From: an uncultured Spirochaetota bacterium
Lineage (GTDB): Bacteria; Spirochaetota; Brevinematia; Brevinematales; JAOACQ01
Assembly: GCA_963768055.1 (NCBI GenBank)
Contig: CAVYGN010000001.1
Location: forward strand, 224,001-288,000
Direction: 5' to 3'
DNA: 64,000 nt
In this document: piece by piece, positions 38,772 to 49,496 of the stretch
Position numbering within the stretch: the first letter of the stretch is position 1
How the letters are laid out: each line of letters opens with the position of its first letter
Notes under the pieces: model-generated
What the model saw: the letters and a program-made list of their open reading frames with translations, nothing else
What the model was told of the DNA's origin: nothing
The model's database searches: none
Made by a program: the position numbers and the translations under genes

Positions 38772-39028
38772 AGGGTTTTAGTTTTTCCAAGGTAATGGTG
38801 ATTGCCTGCAATGGTGATTGCCTGGGGTATGCGTGTAGAATAGGATATTTTCGGGTTCTATATCCATTCTTTTGGGATTCCGATCGCTATATGGAATTGC
38901 CTCTCTTCAGCGGTATTATCATACCCGCTATAGGGAAACTGGAAGTATAGGTAAGAATCCCGACTTAAAAAAGGGACCGAAAAAGGTTTCTTACGGTACC
39001 CCGGGTTTTTATATATAATGGAGGAATT

Positions 39029-39322
39029 ATGGATCACAGTTCTGTAGCGAAGATGTATATCGACGCTGTCAAGAACGACTCGATCGGTTCGTCGACTCTG
39101 ACAAAGCTTCCCGAGCTTGTTTCTTGCGGTGATTGGACCAGGGTGGAAATATTAGGCTCCGTCGACTATATTTCCGATAGGACCAAGATCGTTTATAACG
39201 GGGTCCTCGTTAAATATTCCGGCGGTCTTTACTATATGAGAAAAAAAATTACCGAGGCCCTTGGATCAGTGGATAAAAGATTCAAAAACATAAAAAAAGC
39301 TTTAAATGTGATCCAGGAATAA
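39029..39322 (+). CDS. Hypothetical protein
   Basis: 97 aa ORF with GGAGG RBS; family not recognised. Confidence 0.7.
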   Translation: MDHSSVAKMYIDAVKNDSIGSSTLTKLPELVSCGDWTRVEILGSVDYISDRTKIVYNGVLVKYSGGLYYMRKKITEALGSVDKRFKNIKKALNVIQE

Positions 39323-39330
39323 AAAAGCTT

Positions 39331-40704
39331 TCAAGCGTCAAGTAAAAAAACCTGTTCCTTGAACTTTTTCCCTCTTTCTTCAAAGTTTTTAAACATATCG
39401 TAACTGGCGCAGCCGGGAGAAAGTATAACCACATCTCCCTTCGACGTATGTTCGCGAGCATATCTGACGGCGGAGGAAAGGTCCTCTGCATTGTAACTGT
39501 CGGGAAAAGACAGCTCTTTCTTTATTTTTCCGGAAGCTTCCCCGATAAGAACCAGTTTTTTTAATTTTTTATGGGCCAGCCGTCTTATTTTCTTAAAAGA
39601 AAGTCCTTTGTCCCTTCCGCCCGCGATCAGTACGATAGGGGATTCGAAAGAGAGAAGAGCCTTTTCAAGGGCGTTGACGGTAGTTGACTTTGAGTCGTTA
39701 TAATAATCAACCCCTTTAACGGTCCTTACGAATTCCAGGCGGTGTTCCAGGCCGGAAAAGCTGTCCAGGGTAGCCCTTATGGCTTCATCGCTTACGCCGC
39801 AGGACTTGGATATCAGTATCGCAGCCATTACATTTTCTATATTATGGTCCCCCTTTAGCCTTATGTCTTTCCTTTCAATAAAGGGTTTATTCTTAAGGTA
39901 AATAACAGAGTCCTTCATAAATATATCAGCTTTTTCATTATTGAAGCTGAAAGTCAGCGATCTTGATTTTAAGCCTTTTTTAAGGAAACTGAAATAATGA
40001 GAATCGAGGTTGAGGATGGATAAGTCTTCCGCGAACTGGTTTAAAAAAATATTTTTTTTTGCTTCTGCATAGGAACGGATAGTCCTGTAACGGTCAAGAT
40101 GGTCCTCGGCAATATTAAGGCAGGCGGCGATAAACGGCCTGAATGTTTTAATTGTTTCAAGTTGAAAACTCGATAATTCCAGGACGAAAATCGAGTCCTT
40201 TTCCGCTTTGTCGAAATGGTCGAACACCGGTATGCCTATATTTCCGCCCAGGAAAGCATTTTGCTCTTTTCCGATCATTTTATATACAAGCGTAGTTGTT
40301 GTAGTCTTGCCGTCAGTACCGGTTATGCCTATATACCTGTTTAGGGGAAGATATTCATAAAATAATTCGATATCCCCTATGACCTTAATTTGCCTTTTCC
40401 TTGCTTCTTTAATGAGCGGTATTGAAAGGGGAACCCCCGGGCTTGGAAGGATAAGGCTGATTTGATAATCGTCAAGGATATCAGCCGATTGCCGGCCCAG
40501 GAAATCTATTACAGGGCCTATGTTTTTAAGCTCAGATATCAGTGATTTTTTTTCAGGGTCCGATACAGTATCGGAAATAATTAACTTTAAACCCTTACGC
40601 AGAAGGGCCTTTGCCATTGAATAGGAGGTGCGCTTAGTAAACCCGATTAACAGCGAATAATCACCGGGCATGTTCATTTTGATTTTTTGGAAATTATTTT
40701 CCAT
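39331..40704 (-). CDS. murD: UDP-N-acetylmuramoyl-L-alanine--D-glutamate ligase
   Basis: SPGVP, GTDGKTTTT, GGNIG, ELSSFQLE, DHLDRY, HRLE, NDSKST, LSPGCASYDMFKNFEERG. Confidence 0.96.
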   Translation of the reverse strand: MENNFQKIKMNMPGDYSLLIGFTKRTSYSMAKALLRKGLKLIISDTVSDPEKKSLISELKNIGPVIDFLGRQSADILDDYQISLILPSPGVPLSIPLIKEARKRQIKVIGDIELFYEYLPLNRYIGITGTDGKTTTTTLVYKMIGKEQNAFLGGNIGIPVFDHFDKAEKDSIFVLELSSFQLETIKTFRPFIAACLNIAEDHLDRYRTIRSYAEAKKNIFLNQFAEDLSILNLDSHYFSFLKKGLKSRSLTFSFNNEKADIFMKDSVIYLKNKPFIERKDIRLKGDHNIENVMAAILISKSCGVSDEAIRATLDSFSGLEHRLEFVRTVKGVDYYNDSKSTTVNALEKALLSFESPIVLIAGGRDKGLSFKKIRRLAHKKLKKLVLIGEASGKIKKELSFPDSYNAEDLSSAVRYAREHTSKGDVVILSPGCASYDMFKNFEERGKKFKEQVFLLDA

Positions 40705-41189
40705 TTATTATCGATTTTTTTCAACAGGTAATCCGTGTAAACTATCGATTCCCCCTTCTGATCAGGGACTTTGTCTGGGACTTTGTCTATCGATTTTTTG
40801 GGATTGTCTTCAAGGTATGGTTTACTATCTATTTTCAAAGCCCATTTTACTGTAACGACCATAAGCTGATTTGTAATTTCATTGGTAAAATCCTCGATGC
40901 CGACTAATTCGTAACTTATTATTTTAGCGGACTCCCTTAGCAGCAGCTGCCTGGTTTCGACGTTAGTGACGGCCTCAATTGTCTGCAGCGTCCTTTTTTT
41001 CTCCATTAAATCTGTGACATTCAGCATTTCGGAATAATCGGAATTCATGAGCATAAGGCATGCGGAATTCACAATGGATTTGGGATCTGAATAATCGTAA
41101 GAATATTTATTCTGGTCTGCTGAAAGCATATTTTTCATGATAGATGCGCTTAAAAAAATTATTGCAATGTAGAATACCTTTTTTATCAT
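40674..41189 (-). CDS. Hypothetical exported protein (NTF2/DUF4878-like C-terminus)
   Basis: Signal peptide; ends LKKIDNKWKI. Confidence 0.55.
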   Translation of the reverse strand: MIKKVFYIAIIFLSASIMKNMLSADQNKYSYDYSDPKSIVNSACLMLMNSDYSEMLNVTDLMEKKRTLQTIEAVTNVETRQLLLRESAKIISYELVGIEDFTNEITNQLMVVTVKWALKIDSKPYLEDNPKKSIDKVPDKVPDQKGESIVYTDYLLKKIDNKWKIISKKSK

Positions 41190-41302
41190 TTAACGGCCTC
41201 GCCAAATATTAGTATAACATAATATCGTAAGATAGACAAAAAACTTGATTTTTCGAAGAGGCGATGATAAAATATCTGACAATTTAAATTACGGAGCATT
41301 AA

Positions 41303-42007
41303 ATGGATAATAAGAATTTCTGGCTGTATTTAACGTCAGCCCTGATAGCAGGCATATTGATAGGCGGCGGGGTTGTTTATTTCATTAACGGCGGTACAGG
41401 CGGATCGGGGATGATCAGCATGTATCCTCCTAAATCAAGCCCGGACTGGCTTGCTAAAGTAGATGATTATGTCATTACAACGAACGATTTTGATACAGGT
41501 TTCAGGGCGCTATTGGCCCAGATCCCTGAGGATAAAAAGGCCAATCTTCCGCCCGATATGAAAAATCAATATTTTGAGAGCCTTCTCAAGGAGTACATCC
41601 TGAGCATAAAGGCGCTTAACGATGGTATTCAGAAAAAGCCCGAAAACGATGCCATGCTGAAGTCTTACATCAGGCGGTTTCTTTCAAACCTTTACCTTCA
41701 AATGAACGCGCCGGTCGACAAATCGCAGTTCATCCCTTCAAAGGCTGATATTGACAACTTTTACAGCCAGCATAAACCGGAGCTCGACAGGAGCGGTATG
41801 AAGAGCGATCAGTTGAAGCAGGTCATTGTCCAGGAACTTGAAAGACAAAAAGAACAGGCCTGGATTGAAGAATTGGTTAACAATATAAAAATTTCGATCA
41901 AGGTCGAGAAGAATAATGAGGCTCTGTTAAAGGAAGGCATATCATCGCAGCAGATGAACAAACCGCTCCTTTCCTTGCCTTTGACTCCCGGATCTTCAAA
42001 CAAATAA
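41303..42007 (+). CDS. SurA/PrsA N-terminal-like chaperone (no PPIase domain evident)
   Basis: N-terminal TM; LAKVDDYVITTNDF; C-terminal WIEELVNNIKISIKVE. Confidence 0.55.
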   Translation: MDNKNFWLYLTSALIAGILIGGGVVYFINGGTGGSGMISMYPPKSSPDWLAKVDDYVITTNDFDTGFRALLAQIPEDKKANLPPDMKNQYFESLLKEYILSIKALNDGIQKKPENDAMLKSYIRRFLSNLYLQMNAPVDKSQFIPSKADIDNFYSQHKPELDRSGMKSDQLKQVIVQELERQKEQAWIEELVNNIKISIKVEKNNEALLKEGISSQQMNKPLLSLPLTPGSSNK

Positions 42008-42026
42008 AAGATTAATTTAAAGTATC

Positions 42027-42064
42027 AAAGTCCCCGTCTGTTTAAAAGGGCGGGGATTTTTTTT
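42027..42064 (+). terminator. Rho-independent terminator
   Basis: TCCCCGTC...GGCGGGGA stem followed by a T-tract. Confidence 0.65.
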
Positions 42065-42086
42065 GATCGGTCCCGCAGGAGGCTTA

Positions 42087-43793
42087 ATGCACAAAGGTGG
42101 CGAATCCGCAGTCAACAGGCTGATAGATAAAGCTGTTCCATATGCCGCAGTCTCTCTGCTGGCGTTTCTCGCATGTATCACCCTTGCGCTTCGCGGCGGG
42201 TGGCCGTATAACCACGACGGAAATTCTGTTTTTGTCATGGGGCATGTATTCGGGGATCTGGTAACCCGTTATCATGAATTCTTCCCGGCCTGGACCGCTT
42301 ATGGAAACTATGGGCTGGGATCTCCAATGCCGTTTTTTTACCACCACCTGTATTACTACCTTATTACATTCCTCAATCTTTTTTTTAACGACATTCTCAT
42401 ATCGGTTAAATTTTCGATATTTCTGCTGCTGTCGCTTGGGGGCACGGCTGTTTATCTGACTATTTCCAAGCTTTTCCGGGACCGGTTCTACGGGATAATC
42501 GGAGCCGGGCTTTTCATCTTTTCGACCTATATCTATACTCAATGGCTTATAAGGGGCGCCTTTTCGGAATTTCTGGCGTCAATCATTTTCCTCTGGCTTC
42601 TTTATATATTATTAAGAATAAGTTTTAACTTCAGCGCGGCCAATTTTTTAACGGCAGGTTTCCTTTTTGCCCTTTTGCTTTATGCTCATTCGCTGATATT
42701 CATGTTCTCCCTGTTCGCCTTCGTAATATTTTTAATTGTAAATTTGCCTGAATGGATAAAAAACCCGGTAAAACCCCTATTTTCCTCCCTTTTCCCAATC
42801 ATTTTAGGCCTGCCTTTTGTCATGGCGTATTTCGCTGTCAGGGATTTGTTCGACCTTGATTACACAATAAGGGCTTTTCAGGTCAAAGATAATTTTATAG
42901 AAATTTACAGGTACTTTTTCGATAACCATTACAATATGGGAGAAGCATGGCAGGATTATTCTGTTGAGATCGGACGATTTTTTATACTTCCCCTTATCAT
43001 AATGATCTCCGTTATCCTGATACGGAAAAGAAGCTTACTGCCCGGAGGCCCCGGGTTCACGGACAGCCGGTTAAGAAAATATATTGTTTTTATTATTGCA
43101 GCCTTTGCTTTTTACCTGATTTTACAGTTTCCTTTCACCCTTCCCTTTTACAACGGCTTTATTTTCCTGAAATATGTCCAGTTCCCATGGCGTTTATTAT
43201 GTCTCATCACTCCGCTATCGATAATTATATTCATATATTACTCCAATGCTCTCATACCGCTTTTCACCAGGCCTGACGGAGTAAAAATAGTTAAAATCGG
43301 GCTTGCGGCAGTGCTCTTTATCCAGGTTATCTGGGTAGGCGGGAACTTCGAATTTTACAAATATAAGTCTTTTACCCGCGAGGAACTCCAGAATAATATG
43401 GCTGTTATAAACCTGAAGAATTACTGCAACAGGGACGAATACTTTCCTAAGGGATTCAAGAAGAAGGAAGTATCCTCGACCCTTGAGAACAAGGGCCTTT
43501 CCATAATATCTTCAAGCGACCCGGACCTTTTATATTCTATAAGGGAATTCGACACTATACACATTTCGCTTGCGCCCGGAGGGGGCGGCGAGCTGGTATT
43601 TAACCAGCTTAGAAGCCCTTTTATCACTTTAAAGTTTTCCTCGAATATAAACGTGTCGACGGGTGAATATCAGGAAACTGTCTTTCATCAGGTAAACGAC
43701 GGCAGGACCGCTTCTATCGATATTTCAAAAAAGGATATTTTCGGACTTGACGGATGCTTCTTTAAAAAGAGCCTCGGGGAGCCTTCAAAATGA
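42087..43793 (+). CDS. Polytopic membrane protein, PTPS-related/GT-C-like
   Basis: HD motif, PAW..YGLGSPMPFFY, RGAFSE, QFPWR, EYFP; ATG 42087 after AGGAGG. Confidence 0.7.
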   Translation: MHKGGESAVNRLIDKAVPYAAVSLLAFLACITLALRGGWPYNHDGNSVFVMGHVFGDLVTRYHEFFPAWTAYGNYGLGSPMPFFYHHLYYYLITFLNLFFNDILISVKFSIFLLLSLGGTAVYLTISKLFRDRFYGIIGAGLFIFSTYIYTQWLIRGAFSEFLASIIFLWLLYILLRISFNFSAANFLTAGFLFALLLYAHSLIFMFSLFAFVIFLIVNLPEWIKNPVKPLFSSLFPIILGLPFVMAYFAVRDLFDLDYTIRAFQVKDNFIEIYRYFFDNHYNMGEAWQDYSVEIGRFFILPLIIMISVILIRKRSLLPGGPGFTDSRLRKYIVFIIAAFAFYLILQFPFTLPFYNGFIFLKYVQFPWRLLCLITPLSIIIFIYYSNALIPLFTRPDGVKIVKIGLAAVLFIQVIWVGGNFEFYKYKSFTREELQNNMAVINLKNYCNRDEYFPKGFKKKEVSSTLENKGLSIISSSDPDLLYSIREFDTIHISLAPGGGGELVFNQLRSPFITLKFSSNINVSTGEYQETVFHQVNDGRTASIDISKKDIFGLDGCFFKKSLGEPSK

Positions 43794-45277
43794 AATTAAA
43801 TCGGAACTTTGTTCTCCTTTCTTTTCTGATCATCGCGGTTATCGCGACAAGGTCCTATACGTTATTCAATAATTATATGCTCCTTGACGACCTTAACCAA
43901 TTCCTGGAAGCTAAAAAATTGTATTCCACCCTTACTCTTCCTGTAACAGGCCCTTCTCTTTCAGGCAGTTCCGCCTTGATACCCGGCGGAGGATATTACC
44001 TTCTGCTTGCTATCCCGGGCTTGTTATTTAACAAGCCGGTATTGTTTTCTTTTTACACCGGAATACTTATGCTTTCCGCTTGCGCACTGTTTCTGTTCAG
44101 CGTCCGGAAGCATTACGGGAATTCCGCAGCGCTTGTCGTCGCATCGCTCCTGCTGTTCAGCCCCAGGATGTTTACGATGGAATCGAGCTTATGGAACCCG
44201 CATTACGCCGTCATTCTCAGCCTTATTATGGCTTCCATCCTTATCGAGATTTTTTCAGGGAAAGATCATCCGATCCTCCTGTTTCTATTGCTTCCTTTAA
44301 GCGCGCTCATGTCGCAGGTGCATTTGACCGCGTTTTTTTATCTGCCGGAGATCCTTGCCGTGTATTTTTTGTTTTTTTACAGGGGAAGGAACAGGGGTTA
44401 CTTCTGGCTTGGAATTATCGGAGCGGTCCTACTGTATCTTCCATATCTCGGCAGCGAGATTTCAAACGGTTTCTCCAATACAAGGGCGGTACTTGCGGCG
44501 AAGGGAGACATGAAGATATCAATACCTATACTTACATATCTCATCCTTTTTCCGAGCCTTGATGTAATGGCAAGCGGCGTAATTCCGGTGGGAATGGCCA
44601 TCCTGATGAAAGTCCCATGGTTTTTAATAGTCTTCAGCCTTCCGGTCTATTTTTTAAGCCTTGTTTTTTCCGCATCCTCATACGTCTTTTTTGCCGGAGG
44701 ACTTTATAAAATCGTTTTCAGGAAAGATATTGTTAAATTTACAGGGGAAATCTCTCAGATCGATAGAAACCTGCTGATATTTTTTACACTTGTTGCGGTG
44801 GGGTTGTCAGCCAGTTTTTTAATATTCGGAATTCCGTCCCATCCGATCCACTATTATTATCCCATATACGCTTTTTCATTTTTCCCTGTAATGCTTCTTT
44901 TAAGGCGGCTAAGCGATTTCAGGGTCTTTAACCGTGTATTGGCTCCGGTTGCAGCCGTTATTTTCATAATCGCCGGATCCGAACTGGGCGTATATGATTT
45001 TTTTCACGGGATAAGGCCGTACAGCATGTCAAGGCAGCCCGGCTATGTGATCGCGCTCCTTAAAGACGCCGGAGGAAGAAATTTTTCGATAAAAACGGAG
45101 TATCAAACGCATTTTTATGAACTGGTCGCCACTGAACTGCTCCATGAAAAATGGAATTTTAAAGAAAACGCAGATTTAAAATATATTCTGGATAAAAAGG
45201 AAAACATGACCAACACGGGACAGGCCGTATTGCTGTACGGGGACGATAGAATGGGCTTATACAGACTGAAGGAGTAG
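43790..45277 (+). CDS. ArnT/PMT-like GT-C glycosyltransferase
   Basis: DD after first TM; GP...PGGGYY, WNPH, QVH motifs. Confidence 0.65.
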   Translation: MKLNRNFVLLSFLIIAVIATRSYTLFNNYMLLDDLNQFLEAKKLYSTLTLPVTGPSLSGSSALIPGGGYYLLLAIPGLLFNKPVLFSFYTGILMLSACALFLFSVRKHYGNSAALVVASLLLFSPRMFTMESSLWNPHYAVILSLIMASILIEIFSGKDHPILLFLLLPLSALMSQVHLTAFFYLPEILAVYFLFFYRGRNRGYFWLGIIGAVLLYLPYLGSEISNGFSNTRAVLAAKGDMKISIPILTYLILFPSLDVMASGVIPVGMAILMKVPWFLIVFSLPVYFLSLVFSASSYVFFAGGLYKIVFRKDIVKFTGEISQIDRNLLIFFTLVAVGLSASFLIFGIPSHPIHYYYPIYAFSFFPVMLLLRRLSDFRVFNRVLAPVAAVIFIIAGSELGVYDFFHGIRPYSMSRQPGYVIALLKDAGGRNFSIKTEYQTHFYELVATELLHEKWNFKENADLKYILDKKENMTNTGQAVLLYGDDRMGLYRLKE

Positions 45278-45280
45278 GAT

Positions 45281-46678
45281 ATGGCTGATTCTGAAAATAA
45301 ATCGGCGCTTAAGAAAGGGTTAAACGCAGATAACCTTTTTCTTGTTTTTGCCGCGGCTGCCGTTGTCCTGCTGTACTTCGCTCTCCACCTTAAATTCATG
45401 AGGGAAGACGCCGACGACGCCTGGACCCTTTCTTTCTTCTACAATATTTTCGTAAGGCATATAAGCCCCGAATCGACTTTCGGGAGCGGGCTTGCCAATC
45501 CTCATGTGTTCGGAATGGCGCAGGCTTTTATTTATTCAACTGTTTTCGGTATTTTCGGCTGGACCAAGGATTGCGCCCACTGGATCTCGACGTTTTTCAT
45601 CGCGGCTTCTGCGTCCCTGTGGTATTTTGCTTTAAGAAAATTAAATTTCAGCATGAAGAGCTCGCTTTTATTCGCACTTCTGGTCCTCTGGTGCGAGCCC
45701 TTTTTCAGGGAAGCGAACATAGCCCGGCCGGAAAGCCTTACATTCTTTTTTATATCCCTGTCCTTCGTATTTTTTTTATACGGGAACCCTTTTTTTTCGG
45801 GTTTGTCCGCGATGGCCGCTTTCGAAACCCATCCTATGGGGTTATTTTCAATTTTATTTATAGCGGCTTACATTTTAAGCAAGCTAAAGCGCAATGACTT
45901 CCAGGGGAAGAGATTTTATACTGCAGGTTTATTCGGCTGCGGGATTGCCGCCGGTGTAATTTACTACCTTGCCCTCCATTTTAATTACCTGGGGGCGATC
46001 GGAGATTCTATCCATGGCGCAGTAACCGGCCAGCACCATTCCGTCCTCTATGATTATTTTTTTATTTACAACCCGAGGCATCATTTTATTGAACTTGTGT
46101 TTTTCCTGGCATGCTTCGCTGTATTTTTGATAAGGAAAAAATGGCGGGAAAATTCTTTTGCGCTTTATATGGTAATTTTCGCTTTAATAGCCAATTTTAT
46201 CAATCCAAGGGAAAATTATCATTACACTCTGTATTTTTATATCCCTTTCCTGATGGCGGCTTTTGCCTGCCTTGAAGATACAAAATGGCGAAGGGCGGCC
46301 CCGGCCCTGCTCTTCTTCATGGTTTTGACCTATTACGCTTCCGTCTATTATCATAACGGCTCTTTTGATTTCAACGCAAAGATTAAAGACCTTAAAGCCT
46401 CAATACCAAGTGACGGCCGTCCTATCCTGGGAAGCTCCGATGAGTGGTTCGCTTTTATGGACCGGGATTTTTATCCATCCACTTACACCTGCCGGATAAA
46501 CAGTAACGCTGCGGAGATTTATAATATCGAAGACAACCAGTATAAATACAACGACACTGGAGAAGCATTCGCCGCATATAAGGCGTTTCTTGAAAAGAAC
46601 TATAAAAAATCAAGGGTAACCAGCTTCAATGTGAATAACGAGAGATTCGATATTTATTTATTAAAGAAACCCGGATAA
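45281..46678 (+). CDS. ArnT/PMT-like GT-C glycosyltransferase
   Basis: DADDAW after TM1; ARPE and THP motifs; many TM helices. Confidence 0.65.
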   Translation: MADSENKSALKKGLNADNLFLVFAAAAVVLLYFALHLKFMREDADDAWTLSFFYNIFVRHISPESTFGSGLANPHVFGMAQAFIYSTVFGIFGWTKDCAHWISTFFIAASASLWYFALRKLNFSMKSSLLFALLVLWCEPFFREANIARPESLTFFFISLSFVFFLYGNPFFSGLSAMAAFETHPMGLFSILFIAAYILSKLKRNDFQGKRFYTAGLFGCGIAAGVIYYLALHFNYLGAIGDSIHGAVTGQHHSVLYDYFFIYNPRHHFIELVFFLACFAVFLIRKKWRENSFALYMVIFALIANFINPRENYHYTLYFYIPFLMAAFACLEDTKWRRAAPALLFFMVLTYYASVYYHNGSFDFNAKIKDLKASIPSDGRPILGSSDEWFAFMDRDFYPSTYTCRINSNAAEIYNIEDNQYKYNDTGEAFAAYKAFLEKNYKKSRVTSFNVNNERFDIYLLKKPG

Positions 46679-46693
46679 ATTAACAATATAATA

Positions 46694-46722
46694 TTGACAT
46701 ATATTCCGCCTTTTCTTATAAT
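46694..46722 (+). promoter_or_regulatory. Consensus sigma70 promoter TTGACA-N17-TATAAT
   Basis: Perfect consensus 24 bp upstream of the TraD-like ATG. Confidence 0.75.
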
Positions 46723-46745
46723 TTATCGGAAATTCGAGGCGGAAT

Positions 46746-47768
46746 ATGGACAACGATATATTATACAGGGAGAAATGGGTCAGGGGGACCCGATTTATCC
46801 CGGAAGAAGAATATAACTTGCGAGTGTGCAGGGATATGAAAAGTGCGGGTATAACAGGTCCCGCTATCATGATAGGAAACTGCATCCTTCCGGTAAAGGC
46901 CGAGCCCGAGCATGTCTTTATCATCGGGAAACCGGGAGTGGGTAAATCCGTTCTCATTTATTCCATAGTTGAGCAGCTGATCGAGGACGGCCGGAAGGCC
47001 GTAGTTTACGATTTCAAGGGCGATTTTCTTTCCAGATTTTATAATGAAAAATGCGACCTGATCTTTAACCCGCTGGATGAACGATCCGTCAAATGGAACA
47101 TCATCGATGAGATCGCCTGCGGGGGCCCCTCCGATGTTAAAATTTCAGCAGCCGCAAAAAGTCTGTGCCATTCGCTTATTCCCGAAAGCAGTGAGGCTGG
47201 AAATGAGAAATTCTTCCGGGACGGTGCCAGGGCGGTGCTTAAAAGCCTTATAGACTATCTTATGCTCTTTTGCAGGCCTTCGAACCGCAATAACGAGGGC
47301 CTCCTGGAACTCATCAGCTCTTCGGGAGAGGGCTTGATCGATAAGGTCATGACCGTCAATCCCATAGCAGCCAATTTTATTTCCAGCCCAGGTTCCAGCC
47401 AGGCCGCGGGCGTGCTCGCGGTCTTATCGCAATTTCTTGAATCGCTCTTCTGCATGAATTACCCGGAGGGAAATTTTACCGTAAAAAGATGGCTTTGCGA
47501 CGACAGGCCGGGGATACTTTATGTTACCGGTTTCGCGGACATCCGGGACACCCTGAGGCCGGTCCTGTCGCTTTTAATCGATACGATAGCGAGGAATTTA
47601 CTATCCCTGCCCGACGCTCTCGACCGCAGGCTTTATTTTATTCTTGACGAATTTCCGACACTGCAGAGGCTTAATTCGCTTGTTGAATTATTGACGCTTT
47701 CAAGGTCCAAGGGAGGTTCCGTATGGCTTGCAACCCAGGACCTTTCCCAGGTGGAAATGTTCATGTGA
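46746..47768 (+). pseudogene. 5' part of TraD/TrwB-like type IV coupling protein (DNA-binding ATPase domain), interrupted
   Basis: HVFIIGKPGVGKS, VVYDFKGDF, FNPLDERSVKWN, ILDEFPTL, SRSKGG..LATQD; the frame runs into AT-rich foreign DNA. Confidence 0.8.
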
Positions 47769-47937
47769 AACAAAATCGGAAACTAGAAATATTGAAATTA
47801 AATGAATTATAAAAGAGATAATTTTAAGAATAGAAAAAGAAAGGCTGAAACAGAGAAATATTCAGCAAAAAAATAAAAAAAGAAAGTATGAAACCGGCCA
47901 ACTGTCCAGTGAATACACTAAACCTGATCATGTAATA

Positions 47938-49200
47938 TCATTTTCTTGGACAAGTAATATTAAAACCAAGCCAATTCATGGTTTTTAATGTTCTATCATT
48001 ACAAATTGGAATATTTTCTCTATTTACCCAACCTAACAACTCTTTATATGATGATTGATTCATATGAGAAACTTTAGGTGATTTATTTATTGCATGTACT
48101 AATCTTAAACGAAAATCATCCTTACCAAAAAGTAAAGTACTAATTTTATTTTTTACATTGTTTTCCTTATTCATTACGAAAAACTTCTCTTGCGCATTTT
48201 TAACAAACCTTTCCATATGTTCTCTAAAAGCATTAATGATAAGTAAAGTATCAAATAATTTCTCATAAGTTAATTGGGCAATTGTTTCCTTATTTTTAAA
48301 ATTTGAACTTATCTTATTAAAGTTGTTAACTTCCCAAATTTTTCTATTATAATCCGAATTAATAAATTCCCGCATAAGAGGAGGAATAATTTCTCGAACA
48401 TTTTTTATATGAAGTACCCTTGGGTCAAAATCTTTATCTTGAGAGTATTTTTTTTCTTTTACCCAACTTATAAATTGGTCAATTTCAAGTCTTAATGGGA
48501 GTTCATTTTCTTTAAATAAACGCAAATTCGTATCTTTATAAATTTCTTCAAGTATTTCGTGTTGTTTTAAAAAAGAATCATATTCTTTAGAAAAGTACTT
48601 TTCAACTTCTGGACTAAAATAGTTAGTGATTTCTGCCTTTTTAAGGCTATCAGAATATTCTTTCTGTGGGATATAATCATTTATTTCAATGTCAAATTCA
48701 TTTTCTATATTTTTTATTTTTTCATTATATTCATTTATAATTCTTATATATTCATCTAAAATTTCTGTGTTTAATGGTATCGCTTCATCCCAATATGAAT
48801 TAAAAAGATTTTTCAATTTATCAAATCTTTTATCATTTCTATCAATACTTATGTTTATTTCCTGGTTATATAATGTTCCACCTTTTGTGAGATTAGAAGA
48901 GCCAATAATTATTTTATCTTGAAATACATATAACTTAGGATGGAAATTTTTACCAGTGTAATACCTAATTTCAAGACCTGGTTTGTTTATTATTTCTCTT
49001 AAATTTATAGGATTTGTTCCTGGAGCTAATCTTATAATAAGTCTAATACGGCATTGATTTTTTAGAAGCTCATTAACTAAATCAGAAGAAGAAAAAAATG
49101 CTACAGCTATATCAACATTATAATCTTTATGATTATAAAACTCATGACGAAAGCAATCGTTCTTTGTTTTAGAATTAGTATATAATTCAAAATTTACCAT
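47938..49200 (-). CDS. Phospholipase D-family (HKD) nuclease, restriction-endonuclease-like
   Basis: FHPKLYVF...IIIGSSNLT..G...NQE single HKD-type domain plus long C-terminal domain; very AT-rich. Confidence 0.8.
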   Translation of the reverse strand: MVNFELYTNSKTKNDCFRHEFYNHKDYNVDIAVAFFSSSDLVNELLKNQCRIRLIIRLAPGTNPINLREIINKPGLEIRYYTGKNFHPKLYVFQDKIIIGSSNLTKGGTLYNQEINISIDRNDKRFDKLKNLFNSYWDEAIPLNTEILDEYIRIINEYNEKIKNIENEFDIEINDYIPQKEYSDSLKKAEITNYFSPEVEKYFSKEYDSFLKQHEILEEIYKDTNLRLFKENELPLRLEIDQFISWVKEKKYSQDKDFDPRVLHIKNVREIIPPLMREFINSDYNRKIWEVNNFNKISSNFKNKETIAQLTYEKLFDTLLIINAFREHMERFVKNAQEKFFVMNKENNVKNKISTLLFGKDDFRLRLVHAINKSPKVSHMNQSSYKELLGWVNRENIPICNDRTLKTMNWLGFNITCPRK

Positions 49201-49384
49201 TTGACACCTTGTTTAGGTTTATTTTTTTCATCACATCAATAGCTGTATTAATGAAAAGGACTTTTGCATCCCTATAGGGGCTGAATTTAAGGAAATCTTT
49301 CATTGCAATCCGATAATCTTTCTCAATTTTGGCAGCTTCTTTATCACCTGAATTTTTGTAAGTAAGCGAAAGGAAAATAGACAT
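49187..49384 (-). CDS. Small hypothetical protein or gene remnant
   Basis: 65 aa ORF with a GAGG element upstream; overlaps the PLD gene start. Confidence 0.35.
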   Translation of the reverse strand: MSIFLSLTYKNSGDKEAAKIEKDYRIAMKDFLKFSPYRDAKVLFINTAIDVMKKINLNKVSNGKF

Positions 49385-49496
49385 AATGACCTCTTTTTAA
49401 TAATTTTAATTTATTTCTGCCAAAATGTAAATGGAAAGAAGATTGCAAATAATTGCTAGAAATTTTAAAATTTATTTGATATAAGGAACAAAAAAG

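Noticed and set aside
47757..47772. parS-like site ATGTTCATGTGAAACA at the island junction
   Set aside because: Only the right half matches TGTTTCACGTGAAACA (4 mismatches); probably chance.
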